A stretch of 64,000 nucleotides of DNA. It comes from the human T2T-CHM13v2.0 reference genome, Homo sapiens. The position numbers and the translations under genes are program-made. Within the stretch, counting starts at the first letter, position 1, and the number at the start of each line of letters is the position of its first letter. Location of the stretch: the NCBI RefSeq assembly GCF_009914755.1, contig NC_060935.1. One strand, 5' to 3'. The notes beneath the pieces were generated by a model, which was not told the origin of the DNA, did no database searches, and saw only the letters and a list, made by a program, of their open reading frames with translations. This document shows positions 14,001 to 35,452 of this stretch, piece by piece.

Positions 14001-17000
14001 CAATGATCCATCAATTTTATTTATCTTTTCAAAGGAGCAGCTTACTGTTTTATTTATCTTTTATATTTTTTGTTTGTTTGTTTCTATTTTATTTAGTTAT
14101 GCTCTGATCTTGGTTATTTCTTTTCTTCTGTTGATCTGGGGTTTGGTTTGTTCTTGTTTCTCTAGTTTCTTGAGGTGTGACCTTAGATTGTCTATTTGTG
14201 CTCTTTCAGATTTTCTGATGTAGACATTTAAGGCTATGAACTTTCCTCTTAGCATTCTTTGCTGTATCCCAGAAGGTTTGATAGGTTGTGTTACTACTGT
14301 CATTCAGTTCAAAGAATTTTTTAATTTCCATCTTGATTTCACAGTTAACCCAATGATCATTCAGAAACAGGTTATTTAATTTCCATGCATTTGCATGGTT
14401 TTGGGGGTTCCTTTTAGGGTTGATTTCCAATTTGACTCCACCAGGGTATGACAGGGTACTTGATATAATTTTGATTTTCTTAAATTTACTGAGACTTGTT
14501 TTGTGGCCTATCATATGGTCTATCTTGTAGAATGTTCCATGTGCTGATGAATAGAATGTATATTCTGCAGTTGTTGGGTAGAATGTTCTGTTAAATATCT
14601 GTTAAGTTCATTTTTTGTAGGGTATAGTTTAAGTCCATTTTTTTTTGTTGACTTTCTGTCTTGATGACTTGTCTAGTGTTGTCAGTGGAGTATTAAAATA
14701 CCCCACATTATTGGGTTGCCATCTATCTCATTTCTTAGGTCTAGTAGTAATTGCGTTATAAATTTGGGAGCTCCAGTGTTAGGTGCATATATATAGGATT
14801 GTGAGATTTTCCTGTTGGACTAATCCTTTTTTCATTATATAATGTCCTTCTTTGTCTCTTTTAACTGCTGTTGCTTTAATGTTTGTTTGGTCTGAATAGC
14901 TACTTCTGCTCGCTTTTGGTGTCCATTTGTATGGAATACCTTTTTCCACTCCTTTACCTTAAGTTTATATGAGTCCTGATCTGTTAGGTGAGTCTCCTAA
15001 AGACAGCAGAGACTTGGTTGGTGAATTCTTATTCATTCTGCCATTCTGTATCTTTTAGGTGGAGTATTTAGGCCATTTACATTCAATTTTAGTATTGAGA
15101 TGTGAGGTACTCTTCTGTTCATTATGCTATTAATTGACTGAATGCCTGTTTTTTTTCATTGTGTTATTGTTATATAGGTCTTGTGAGATTTATGCTTTAA
15201 GGATGTTCTATTTTGATGTATTTTGAGGATTTGTTTCAAGATTTAGAGCTCCTTTTAGCAGTTCTTGTAATTCTGGCTTGGTAGTGGCAAATTCTCTCAG
15301 CATTTGTTTGTCTGCAGAAGACTGTATCTTTCCTGCATTTATAATGCTTAGTTTCACTGGATACAAAATTCTTGACCGATAATTGCTTTGTTTAAAGAGG
15401 CAAAAAATAGGATCCCAATTTCTTCTAGCTTGCAGGGTTTGTGCTGAGAAATCTGCTGTTATTCTGATAGGTTTTCCTTTGTATGTTACTTGATGCTTTT
15501 GCCTCATAGCTCTATTATTTATTTAGTTAGTTAGTTAGTTAGTTGGACTCTCGTTCTGTCACCCAGGGTGGAGTGCAATGGTGTGAACTCGGCTCCCTTG
15601 CCTCCAAGGTTCAAGTAATTCTCCTGCCTCAGCCTCCCCGGTAGCTGGAACTACAGGCACATGCCACCACACCCAGCTAATTTTTGTACTTTTAGTAGAG
15701 ACAGGGTTTCACCATGTTAGCCAGACTGGTCTTGAACTCCTGACCTCAAGTGATCCGCCTACCTAGGCCTCCCAAAGGGTTGGGATTACAGGTGTGAACC
15801 ACCACTCCCAGCCTTGCCTCATAGCTCTTAAGATTCTTTCCTTTGTCTTGACTTTAGAGAACCTGATGACTGTGTGCCTAGGTGAAGATCTGTTTGCGAT
15901 GAGTTTTCCAGGTGTTCTTTGAACTTCTTGTATTTAGATGTCTAGCTCTCTGGCAAGGCTGGGGAAGTTTTCCTTGATTATTCCCTCAAATATGTTTTCC
16001 AAACTTTGAGATTCCTCTTCTTCCTCAGGAACACCAATCATCCTTAGGTTTGGATGCTTAACATAGTCCCAAACTTCTTGGAGACTGTGTTCATTTTTTT
16101 AATCATTTTTTCTTTGTCTTTGATGGATTAGATTAATTTGAAAACCTTGTCTTTGAGCTCTGGAGTTATTTCTTCTGCTTGTTCAATTCTATTGCAAGAC
16201 TTTCCAGTGCATTTTGTATTTCTCTAAGTGTGTCCTTCATTTCCAGAAGTTGTGTTTGTTTTTTTATTTATGCTGTCTATTTCACTGAAGATTTTTCCTT
16301 TCATATCCTGTATTATGTTTTTGATTTCTTTAAGTTGGATTTCACCTTTTTCTGGTGCCTCTTTGATCAGCTTAATAATTGATCTTCTGAATTCTTTTTC
16401 TGGTAATTCAGAGATTTCATCTTGGTTTGGATCCATTGCTGGTGAGCTGGTTTGATCCTTTGGAGGTGTTAAAGAACCTTGTTTTGTAATATTACCAGAA
16501 TTGTTTCTCTGTTCCTTCTCATTTGGGTAGACTATGTCAGAGGGAAGATCTGGGACTTAAGGGCTGCTGTTCACATTCTTTTGTCCCATAGGGGTGCTCC
16601 CTTAATTTGGTGTTCTCCCCTTTCCCCTAGGGATGAGGCTTCCTGAGACCTGAACTGCAATGACTGATTTTGCTCTTCTGGGTCTAGCCACCCAGTGTAG
16701 CTACAGGGCTCTGGGCTAATACTGGAAAGTGTCTGCAAAGAGTGCTGTGATGTGATCTGTCTTCAGGTCTTTCAGCCACAGATACCAGCACCTGCTCCGG
16801 TGGAGGTAGCAGGGGAGTTAAGTGGAGTCTGTGAGGGTCCTTAGTTGTATTTTTGTTTAGTGCACTGGTTTTGTGTTGGTTGGCCTGCAGCCAGGAGGTG
16901 GCATGTTCAAGAGCACATCAACTACAGTACTAGAAGGAGGATGTATACTTGCCCTGGGGTTGTCTGGTTACGTATTCAGGTTTCTCAGGTGGTGGGCAGC

Positions 17001-17593
17001 GCCATAGAGCTCTCAGGATATTATGTCCTTCGTCTTTGGCAACCAGAACGGGTAGAGAAAGACCACCAGGTGGGGGCAGAGATAGGTATGTCTGAGCTCA
17101 GACTCTCCTTGGGTGGAGCTTGCTGCAGCTGCTGTGGGGAATAGGGGTGTGATTCCCAGTCCAATGGAGTTATGTTCCCTGGTGGATTGTGGCTGCCTCT
17201 GCTGAGTCATACAGGTCACCAGAGAAGTGGGACAAAGACAGCCGTCACAGGCCTCACCCCATTCCCATGTAGCCACAGTCCTAAATGCTGGTCTCACTTC
17301 CATCATGCCCCACCTACCACACCAAGTGTTTCCAGGCAGCTGGTGACCAGTTCTGAGAACTTGCCCCAGACCGTCAGCCACCCCACTGAGAAAGCAAGCT
17401 GATTCAGAGTTTTTTGGCATCTCAAGGAGCCTGCAGAAGCAATCCAGTTCCTTCAAAGGGTCTGTGGATTATCTCAGCTTACCTGGCATGTTCCTGCAGT
17501 AATTCTTGGAGAAAAGTTAATGATGTGAGTCTCTACATGCTGCCCTGTCTCTGACTAGCCTCCTATTTGCCATCTTAATCTCAGTCTTGATTC
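11099..17593 (-). mobile_element. Full-length decayed L1PB1/L1PBa-type LINE-1
   Basis: L1PB-type 3' end (CAATAGGTTTTGGGGGAACAGGTGGTGTTTGG), ORF2 and ORF1 fragments on the minus strand, 5' UTR ending GCCATCTT; TSD TGTGTTTGTATT at 11087-11098 and 17594-17605. Confidence 0.92.
15514..15813 (-). mobile_element. AluS-type element nested in L1 ORF1, tail converted to (TTAG)n
   Basis: Perfect 15-bp TSD TTGCCTCATAGCTCT at 15499-15513 and 15814-15828. Confidence 0.95.
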
Positions 17594-17865
17594 TGTGTTT
17601 GTATTTTTATCTTTCTTGACTGAATAGTGTATAAAGAAATGTATCACACTATGATTTTTTTTCAAAGTAGCACATTTTTGGTTTTGTTTTTTTTCCTTTT
17701 TCTGTTCATTTTCTATCTTATTGAGTTCGGCTCATTTCTATTATTTTCTTCCTTCTATTTTTTGAATATGCTTTTCCCATCTTTTTCTAGATTTGTAAGG
17801 CAGAAGCTTATAGAATTGATTTCAGACTCTCATTTTTTTCCTAATAAAAATAATTAATATGCTTA

Positions 17866-18399
17866 ATGCTCCATTCACAGCAATCTGGGCTTTTTCTACC
17901 TTGCTTCTCCAAATTCTTCAAGCTTCTATCTATTACCCAGTTCAAAAACCACTTCCATATTTTCAGGTATTTGTTGTAGCAACAACTCTACTCCCAATAT
18001 CAATCTTCCTGGTACTGTTTTGTGCTACTATAACAGGATATCAGAGACTGGGTAATTTATAAACTATAGAACTTTATTTGGCTCACAGCTCTGGAGGCTA
18101 GAAAGTCCAAGGTCAAGTGACCTGCTTCTGGTGAAGGCCTTGTCACTGGGTCATCTCATGGCAGAAGGCAGAAGGGCAAGAGTGTATGTGCATGAGAAAG
18201 AGAGAAGAGAGAGAATTAGAAATGGAGAGTTGAATCTGCTTTTATAACAAACCCACTCCCACGATAGCAGCACTAATTCATTCATGAGGGCAGGGCCCAT
18301 GTGACATAATCGCCTCTTAAAGGTCCTACCTCCCAATACTGTTGCATTGGGGTTTAAGTTTCCAACACATGAATCTTGAGGGACATTCAAACCATAGCA
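17866..18399. mobile_element. MaLR (MST-type) LTR with a short adjoining internal fragment
   Basis: AGACTGGGTAATTTATAA, GGCTCACAGCTCTGGAGGCT and terminal TTCAAACCATAGCA; 17866-18005 resembles an MST/THE1 internal end. Confidence 0.8.
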
Positions 18400-18946
18400 G
18401 CCATATTATACTGCCATCATTCTACTTTAAGTTATTGTGCCCTTCTTTATACAATTAATTCCCCAAAAGCAGAGATGAATAACATTTGATCTTTTCTCAC
18501 AAGACCAAACAGTGATTGTCACTTAATCTGACTGAGCAGATTATTCTGTTATGTAAAACTTTTTAAAACTAGTTTGATGCACTAATACTTTCCACAAACC
18601 TTCTTACATGATTTCCCACATATTTAAATGACTTGTTTATGAAATTTTTCCTCTTTGGTCAGTTGCTTGACGATCTGATCAGTGCCTTGTTATTGCTTAG
18701 CAATGACTGTTGTATTGAGGTTTCCAAGTTTCTCCAGAACTGTTTTGCCAGGTCCCAAGCTGGCAGAACTGAATGCCTTTAGCGTCCTATTTCTCCTGAC
18801 TATGCGGCCAATGTCATCCTCCATTATTTTGTTTCCAAATAAGCAGCCAGATCCTTAGTAGCTCATTGACTTTCAGAATTCATTGAGAACAGAAAGACAA
18901 GGTATCTTCTGGTATTTTGAGAAAATATATGTCCTTTGAAAAGTTA

Positions 18947-19103
18947 GCTTTAGGAGATACACCTAATGCTAAATGACGAGTTAATGGGTGCAGCACACCA
19001 GCATGGCACATGTATACATATGTAACTAACCTGCACATTGTGCACATGTACCCTAAAACTTAAAGTATAATAATAATAAAATAAAATAAAAAATAAAAAA
19101 AGA
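18947..19103 (+). mobile_element. Severely 5'-truncated young L1 (L1PA2/3-like 3' end)
   Basis: Near-consensus L1 terminal 3' UTR plus A-rich tail; TSD GAAAAGTTA at 18938-18946 and 19104-19112. Confidence 0.93.
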
Positions 19104-20991
19104 GAAAAGTTAATGCTAAACAGAGAATAGAAGTAAGAAAATGCAGTGTCTTTGAATTGGAAAAAGAAAGATTGTACTTCCTCTCCACCAACAAAAAGAC
19201 AGAAGAAAGAGGAGAACAAATGAATTTTCTGATTTGAAGTTATAATCCTACGAGGGAAAAAATGCTGCTCAGTAACTGCAGGAGTTCTTGACCACTGGAA
19301 CCTCCCAGGTGTCTGCTTTTTCACAAAATATTGGAATATTTGAATAAATCTGGGATTATCTAAGGGAGGGCAGTTGGGAAGACCAGTTGGGTCAGAGAAG
19401 CAATCATAACACATATTTAATATACCTTTATACTGATGGATGAAGCTTCAAATTGACAGTTGAGCAGATTGTCATTAAATAACGAAAAGTACCTAAGTTT
19501 TTATCCAAAGCTTAATTGTTCCTCTCTTTGCTCCTAAAACTCAACATGCTTTCTCTCTTAGTACAGAACCTCTGCATGTGTGTAGTTTTCACTGCCTAAA
19601 ATAATCTTTTCATCCTTCTTTGCTTAGGTGATTCCTATTTTTCTTTCTTGTTCAACCTACTTAGGTTTACTTAAAATGACCTTACCCAACCTTCAATATT
19701 ATGTTAGGCTGTCAGGCTCCACTGTAACAGGCTTCTACTGTAGCACCCAGAAAGTTTCTTTCTTTGAAATAACTGACCACAACTGTATTGAAGTGAGGCT
19801 CAATGCCTACTTTTCCATTATACATTATACTTCCTATTAATGGGGACAGATAATATTTACAAAGTACCATATATCAGGCACTATGATTAGTATTATTCAT
19901 GTTACATCATTTAATAAATGCAATTAACATGAGATACATGCTAAGTTTATGACTATTTTCCGGAGGAGGAAATAGATGCACAAAGACATAAAAACAACTT
20001 GATAAATGCTTCACACACAGCAAGTAGTGAAACCAAAATTTGAACCCAGGAAGTATAATTCCAGCATCAAGGTGTTAACTACCACTTCACCTTCATTTAT
20101 GAAAGTAAAAACAATGTAGTTCATCTTTGTAAATAAGAAAAGCTCAATATTTATTACATGAAATATCCACCATACCTCTTTAACTGCTATTTCAATCAGA
20201 ATTCTTACTTTCAAGCAACAAAAAATAATTCTAGATATTTTAAGCAAAGAAAAATTATTGAAAAGATGATGGATACCTCACAGAATCACTAGGAAAACAG
20301 AAAAGTAATAAAATAAAAGAAAATAAAAATACAAACCAAGTAACAACCAGGACCTCTGTAAAATTAATCCAGAGAACTAATTCTGTGCTGAAGTGTTATT
20401 GCAACCACTGCTGAACTTCAGATGACATGGTTTATATAAATAATTCTTTTGTGTTTATTTCAGATGGTTTTCGAACATTGATCAAGTAACTATATATAAT
20501 AGTGACCACTGTGGAAAATCATTTTGATTTAAAATTTTAGTAGTTAATACATATGATTCAGTTATAATTTTAGAAATTTTTGAGGATTTATGTCTCGAGA
20601 AACTTCTCTGAAGTTCAATTTACAGTTAAAAGCATCATAAAAGCGATTTTAAGTGAATGTTTTATAGTGTATTTTAATATAGTAGACATTATAATATGTT
20701 TTAACAGAATAAGTAATGAAAATAATGTTTTTCTAACTAACACACTCAATCCTTTTTGTTTGTTTGATAGCCCTCTTTTTACACTAGCATGTACTACGAA
20801 ACCATAGGTAGACAGTAAATGCAAACAAGAAAATAATTTTTCTACTAATGTACATACTGATATCAAAAGGACACAAGTCCTAACTTTTTTACATTTATAA
20901 TATTGTCTTTCACAAGATTGTGGGCATAGCTCAACTAATGTTTACTGATTTATATTAATGATAGCAAAATGTTAGAATACGGTAACTTTTT

Positions 20992-25036
<4,045 letters not shown>

Positions 25037-25352
25037 TAACAAAATGGTATAGGTTTAGTTTATCATTGTTATTCATTTTAGACTGAGGGAATGATGAAAT
25101 CAGTGCCATACATGGAGTGCTTAAAACTGTAATGCCAAACTAACGGTCTTTCTTTATCTGTCATGGAGAATTAGAGGACAAAGTTTGGGACAACAACAGC
25201 TGCTAGAAAGAAAGACAAAAATTTAGAAAGTATAAAGCCAAGTATGGAAAGCTCAAATTCTATATATAAACTTTGCCATGTCTTTGGTTAATTCCTGAAC
25301 CAAGCATGCATAAAGCAGACACAAAGACATTCAGATAAAAATAAGAGGTGAG

Positions 25353-28370
<3,018 letters not shown>

Positions 28371-28889
28371 AAGAGGTGAGTTAGTATTTGAACTGCTATT
28401 CAAGAGCATGATTTTGTAGATTGCATTGAACCAGGTTAATTCCCCTGCTAAAACAAACACTTCAACACTGTTTGGAAGACTATAACAGAATCCATAGCAT
28501 CCACAACATAACATTTACAGTATTCAGCACACTATCCTAAATTTCCCGACATACAAAGAACTAGAAAACAATAATCTGGTCTCAATAGAAAACATAATCA
28601 AATGAGACCAAAGACCAAATTCAAGATTACTCAAATATCAAATTAGCCACTGAGAAATTTCAGAAAGCTAATATATCTATGCCCATTGAAGTGAAGGAAA
28701 ATATATAGTGATAAATGAAAAGATAATAAATTTTAGAAGGGAAATAATATCTTAAAAACAAGTGAAAATTCTAAAACAGAAAAATACACCTTACATTAAA
28801 AATCTACTGAATGTGCTGAGCAGCAAAGTGGATATGACAGAACAATGAGCCAGTGAACTTGAAGATGGCATGATAAAAATTATCTAATC

Positions 28890-31455
28890 TGAAGATGGCA
28901 GAATACATGCCTACCCCTTTCATCCCCCCAGCTGGAACACCAAATTTTAACAACTATCTGCACACAGAAGAGCACTATCACAAGAACTCAAAATCAGGTG
29001 AGCAGTCACAGTACCTGTTTTAAACTTTATACGATGGAAAGAGGCATTGAGGAGGGCAAGAGAGACAGTCTTAAATCAGATTCCACTCCTCCCTCATTAC
29101 CCCCTCACCCCCTACAAATGGCAGCGGCTGTGCTTTGTGGAGAGAGAATCTGTTAACTTTGGGGAGGAAGAATGCATTGACTGGGAGACTTTACACTGAA
29201 CTCAGTGCTGCCCTTTCACAGCAGAGAATAAAGCTGTGTTGGGCCCAGCCAGCACCCACAGATGGCGGGAGCATATGGACCAGCCCTAGCCAGAGAGGAA
29301 TTGCCCATACCAGTGGTCAGAACTTGAGTTTCTTGGCAAGCCTTGCCACTGTGGGCCAAAGTGCTCTAGGGTCCTAGGTAAACTTGAAAGGCAGTCTAGA
29401 ACACAAGAACTGAAATTTCTAGGCAACTCCTAGTGCCAGGCTGGGCTTAGAGTCAGTGAATTAGGGAGTCATGTGACCTAGGGAGACACCAGATGGCATG
29501 GCTAAGGGAGGGCTTGCACATTCTTTCCCAAACCCCAGGCAGTGCAGCTTGCAGCAATGAAGGTGACTCCTTCCTTCTGCTTATGGAGAGGAGAGCAAAG
29601 AGTAAAGAGGGCTTTGTCTTGCATTTTGGATACCAGCTCAGCCACAGAGAGGGCACCAGGCAGAGTCATGAGGCCTCCATTACAAGCCCTAACTCCCAGA
29701 CAACATTTCTAGACACACCCTGGGCCAAGATGGAAACCCCCAACCTTGAAGGGAAAGACCTGATCCTGGCATGACTCATCATCTGCTGACTAACGAGCCC
29801 TTGTGTTCTGAATAACCACCAGAAATACCCAGGGAGTATGCCATGGGCCTTGGGCCTTCAGACATACATGCTGGCTTCAAGGGTGACCTAGCACATGCCT
29901 AGCTTTAGTGGTTATGGTAAAAATAAAAATAAAAATAATAAAACACCTCCTGTTTGAGGAAATCAGAGGTAAAAGTAAAGGGTAACTTTCTCTTGCACTC
30001 CAGGTACCAGCTTGGTCATAGTGGGGTAGAGTAACAAGCAGCCTCTTGGAGTCCCTAAGTCCAGGCCTAGGCTCTTAGACAACATTTCTGGACCTGCCTG
30101 GGCTAGAGGGGAGCCCCCTGCCCTGAAGGGTGAGTCCCAGGCCTGGCAGCATTCACCATAAGCTGACTAAAGAGCTCTTGGGCTTTAAGTGAACATTGGT
30201 GGTGGCTGAGCAGTTATCTTGTAGACTGGTGGTGACAGTGGCCACAGGGAGAGGCCTGTGGGAGAGGCTTTCCTGCCTGTGGAAAGGGGATGCATGAGTG
30301 TGAAAAACTTTGTATTGTGGTTTGAGTGCTAGCTTAGTTGTACTAAGATAGAACATCAGGAAAACTACTAAGGTTTTTGACTCTAATCCCTGGCTCCCAG
30401 ATAGCATCTTTGGACATACCCAGATCCTGGGGGAACTCAGCACCCAGAAGGGAAGGGTCTTAAGCAAGGCACCATGCTGTGCTGATGTCAGGTCTGACTC
30501 ATCACAGTCCCAGTGCTGGTGGCCCAGGGATGCTTGCATCACCACACTCCCAGATCCAGATGGCTCAGCACAGAGACAGAGACTCCATATGTTTGAGAAA
30601 AGTAAGGGAAAAGAAAAAGAATCTTTGTTTGGTAATCCAGATAATTATTCTGAAACATATCCAAGACCACCAAGGTCATACCTCTACAAGTCTGCAAAAA
30701 ACAAGTATTATTGGGTTTGGGCCCCAAGTCCTTTTAATTACCTGGAAATTGAAGGATAGGTACAAAGAGACTGTGGAGACCACAATAAATACCTAACTCT
30801 TCAATGCCCAGACACTGAAGAACATCTAAAGCATCAACACCATCCAGGAAAACATGGCCTCAGCAAATGAACTAAATAAGGCACCAGGGAGCAATCCTGG
30901 AGAAACTGAGATATGTAATCTTTCAGATGGAGAATTCAAGGTAGCTGTTCTGAGAAAACTCAAAAGAAATTCAAGATAACACAGAGAAGGAATTCAAAAT
31001 TTTATCAGATAAATTTAACAAACAGATGGAAATAATTAAACAGAATCAAGCAGAAATTCTAGAGTTGAAAAATGCAATTGACATACTAAAGTGCATCAGA
31101 GTCTCTTAATAGCAGAACTGATTAAGAAGAAGAAAGAATTAGTGAACTTGAAAACAGGCTATGTGAAAATAGTCGGAGGAAACAAAAAAAATAAAAGACA
31201 ATGAAGCACACCTACAATATCTAGAAAAAAAAAACCCGAAAAGTGAAAATCTAAGAGATATTGTCCTTAAAGAGGAGGTAGAGAAAGAGATAAAGATAGA
31301 AAGTTTATTCAAAGAGATGATGTTAGAGAACTCCCCAAACCAAGAGAAAGATATTAACATTCAAGTACAAAAAGGTTATAGAATACCAAGCAGATTTGAC
31401 CCAAAGAAGACTACCTCAAGGTATTTAATAATCAAACTCCCAGATGTCAAGGAGG
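28890..31455 (+). mobile_element. Old L1 (L1M/L1MA-type) 5' UTR and ORF1 fragment
   Basis: AAGATGGCAGAATA start, long GC-richer 5' UTR, ORF1-like ENSPNQEKDINIQVQKGYRIPSRFDPKKTTSRYLIIKL (31317 ORF). Confidence 0.8.
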
Positions 31456-31919
31456 TAGTAGACACTGTGTCCTGTGTAATAACAGGACCCTTCTTAAATG
31501 CTGTGGCTTCCTCTGGGGGCTTGTTGCACAGGATTGTAGATAAGCTGGAGCTTTTCCATGGAAAATTAACAAATGTGTTGGGATAGCTGAAAAATGGGAA
31601 CCAATTAAAGAAATTGAACGTTTTTAGTCTGAAATCTGGAACTCTAGTAGCCCTACAAGAAAAATGTCTGTGTATAAATACTTGATTTATTTATTCAGGG
31701 GAAGAAATAAACTCACTTTGTATTGTAAAAAAGACTAGAAAACAAAGACGTGTATAAGAGTGATGAGACGGAGAATAACATATCTCAGTTCAATCTAAAG
31801 AATCTCTAAAAACGAAATGCTAATACAAAAAGGATCTGTCAGAAAAAGCCATTCCCTTTCTGTCACTGGATCCAGTCAATAAAAGTTTGAAGGATAGATT
31901 GAAGGAAATACTTTTGACA

Positions 31920-33116
31920 AATTTACAGTAGCCAAAACAGCATGGTACTGGTACAAAAACAGACACGTAAACCAATGAAGCAGAATAGAGAACTCAGAAA
32001 TAAGACCGCACACCTACAATCGTTTGATCTTCGACAAACTGGACAAAAACAAATGTGGAAAGGATTCCCTATTTAATAAATGGTGCTCAGTGAACTGACT
32101 AGCCATATGGAGAAAATTGAAAGTGAACCCCTTCCTTACACCTTACACAAAAATTAACTCAAAATGGATTAAAGACTTAAATGTAAAACCCAAAACTATA
32201 AAAACCTTAGAAGAATATCTGAGTAATACCATTCAGGGCATAGGCATGGACAAAGATTTCATGACAAAAATGTCAAAAGCAACTGCAACATAAACAAAAA
32301 TTGACAGATGGGATCTAATGAAACTAAAGAGCTTCTGTACGCAAAAGAAACTATCATCAGAGTGAACATATAACCTACAGAATGGGAGAAAAAGTGTGCA
32401 ATCTATCCATCTAGATATTAGACAAAGGTCTAATATCCAAAGTCTACAAGGAATCTAAACAAATTTACAAGAAAAAAACAAACTGCCCCATTAAAAAGTA
32501 GGCAAAGGACATGAACAGACACTTCTTAAAAGAAAATATTTATGTGACCAACAAACATGAAAAAAAGCTCAACATCACTGATCATTAGAGAAAAGTAAAT
32601 TGAAACCACAATGAGATACCATCTCAAGCCAGTCAGAGTGGTGATTACTAAGAAGTCAAGAAACAACAGCTGCTGGTAAGGTTGCAGAGGAAAAGGAATG
32701 CTTTTACACTGTTGGTAGAAGTGTAAATTAGTTCAACCATTGTGGAAGATAGTGTGGTGATTCTTCAAAGACCTAGAGGCAAAAATACCATTTGACCCAG
32801 CAATCCTGTTACTGGATATATACCCAAATGAATATAAACCATTCTATTATAAAGATGCATGCATATATATATTCATTGCAGCACTATTCACAATAGCAAA
32901 GACATGGAATTAACCCAAATGCCCATCAAGGATAGACTCTGGGTAAAGAAAATATGGTACATGTACACCATGGAATACTATGCAGCCATAAAAAGGAATG
33001 AGGTCATGTCCTTTGCAGGTACATGGATGGAGCTGGAAGCCGTTATCCTCAGCAAACTAATGCAGGAACAGAAAACCAAATACCACATGTTCTCACTCAT
33101 AAGTGGGAGCTGAATG
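31920..33116 (+). mobile_element. L1PA (mid-age) ORF2 3' fragment
   Basis: CCAAAACAGCATGGTACTGGTAC..., EYYAAIKRNEVMSFAGTWMELE motif; ends AAGTGGGAGCTGAATG. Confidence 0.88.
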
Positions 33117-34849
33117 TGGTAGAATAATGGTTAGAGAAAAATTCTTATATATATATGTATTGTCCAATCAGTTTACATAAAGATACTTTGCAGTCTCAAG
33201 GTGCCATTTCTTCCAGTTCAATACAGGCAGCATTTCTTCACTATCTTAAACTGTCAAATGTGCCATTCCTAACTAATTCTGTATTTTCCATCACAAGAAA
33301 ATTGAAGCAATGCTGCTATTATTCACAATACTATGACCCTTTGGAATATGTTTTGAGGAAATTATACAGATCTTCTTGCCTCCACAATACCCTAGTAGCA
33401 TTTATTTAATACTAGCCTCAGCATTACTCATGACAATGCATTATCCATTGTGTCGCCCACAGATGCTGGCTTCTGTTCACCTTCTCAAAGGTTCTTACCC
33501 TTCTCAGTTGATGGTGACCACAAATGCAATTCTTGATCAGAATATGCAGGAAAATGTGAACAATAATTCATTTTCTGGACATGTTAAATTTACTCTTCAC
33601 TTGACCACATATACTCTTTAGGCCATAATCACTGCATTCCCAAAGTCTTTCAATATTGATCATGGTCTCTCTAAGGATTCATATAATAGCATGCTCACAG
33701 GTATCTTCCATAACACTCCACAACAAAACAAATGTCTAAAAGAAAGACATTTTCATTTGTTCTTGGATTCAACATAGAAAACTTTTGAATTTTCAGAGCA
33801 ATAAGCCGTGTTGCAATGTATCATGTCAAGATAAACTCATTAATATAAAATACTCAAGTGGTAAGGCTAAAATTTGAATTACAAAACAATATTTATTTTA
33901 TATGTAAGATTACATATGTCAGGAGGTTCTATTCATAAACAGTGGATCTAACACATCAAGTGACATCTAAAAATCATTAGTTAATTATAAGTTTATTCTG
34001 AAAAATTTATTTTTATTACTTTTATTTCCACAAAGTCATTGTTACTGAAGTCCAGATTTTTACATGATAAATATTCTGTTGACATTAAAGCCAAATTAGA
34101 TAAACTCTTCTTGAATCACTGTAGTCTTAAAGTAGATTTTTTTTCCTAATTTAAATTTAGAAAACTTCATTCTGCTAAAGTAGTAGTAACTAGAATTGTC
34201 ACTAAAATCTTAAACCAATTACTGTAATTTGAAAATAAATGAACTTTACATATCATATCTAAATCTTGCAATGGTGTTGCATACAACGATGTATCTGTCG
34301 CAGAATATCTTAATTTTATCAAATAAAGCCCTACCAATTAAATTGTAAATATTTTCATTCCTTAATTCATTTCTTAAGTTTTTCTGCATTCAGAATTTTC
34401 ATGTTTGTACAGAAAACTGAAAACAGCAGTGTGTTGCTACTTTATTCCAAATTTGGAATGGGAAAGGTTTGCATCCTGAAAGAGCACCTGGAGTGGAAGG
34501 GAGAGTCAGGTGAAACAGGTTCAGTGAGAGGCTGTGTGCTCAACAGGGTGGAGTCCTGCTTTGAAACCAGCCTGCTGCTCTGCACACATTCTTCCAAGAT
34601 GGGCCCGGAGGTTCCTTCAAAGCAACACGGACTATGGATTTAGGGGTTCAAGACTCCTCCAGCTCTCCCTCTGCTTCTGCCGCTGCAGCAGGGATTGGAG
34701 GCGTTGCTTGCAGTGGGCTCTCTCCCCATTTCGCCTTCATGTCTCCCTATTCTGTTTTGCCTTTTGATCCTCCTAATCCTAGTCTCATTAATTTCTTCCA
34801 TTGTATTCCTTCAGCGTCTTCCTTTTCCTCGGATTTCCCACTTTCTTAC

Positions 34850-35274
34850 TGATTGGATCCCAGTGAAGACCCCAAGATTGCAGCCATCTTGACTGCCCTG
34901 ACTCAGCATTCCTGGATTCGCCAGTTCCCGCCATCCCAGCGGCCATCTTGGCTACCCTGACTTGGCATTTTCACCTGTTCCCGCCATTTATTCCCGCCAT
35001 CTCGGCAGCCACCTCGGATACCCTGACTCAGCATTTCCGGGTCCACCTTTCTTGTTCCCGCCGCCTCAGTGAACACGCATGCCCACTAAAGCACATCACT
35101 AAGGCACATCACTCATCTATATAAGCGCGCTGCACCTTTGGCACAGCGCGACTTCCCTGACCCTCCCCCTGCAGACCACTGAACCTCGCCGGAGAGCTCA
35201 ATTAAGAAGATTTTTGCCCTCTTTGTCTCGCCTCTCGGCCTTATTGATCCACGGTGCCCTTCCATTGCCTTTCA
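34850..35274 (+). repeat. 5' LTR
   Basis: TGATTGG...CTTTCA; TATA-like CTATATAA near 35117; poly(A) signal mutated to AATTAA (35200-35205); about 27 differences from the 3' LTR by manual count (about 6%). Confidence 0.97.
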
Positions 35275-35275
35275 T

Positions 35276-35293
35276 TGGTGCCAAAACCCGGGA
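35276..35293 (+). promoter_or_regulatory. Primer binding site, tRNA-Phe
   Basis: TGGTGCCAAAACCCGGGA versus TGGTGCCGAAACCCGGGA (complement of the tRNA-Phe 3' end): 17/18 match, directly after the LTR. Confidence 0.95.
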
Positions 35294-35443
35294 AGGGACA
35301 CCTCCTAAGCCCCCCAGAGGCTCGAGGGGACTCCCCTCCTGGTCAGATCAGGCTTCTTCCCCACGGCTACCCATCCGTTTCGTTCGGTTACTTGCCACCA
35401 GGTTGCAGCTGCTGCAGCCACTCCAGTCCAATTCGGCTGACGC

Positions 35444-35452
35444 TGGGTGAGT
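35444..35452 (+). promoter_or_regulatory. Probable retroviral major splice donor
   Basis: TGG|GTGAGT in the leader between PBS and gag. Confidence 0.65.
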
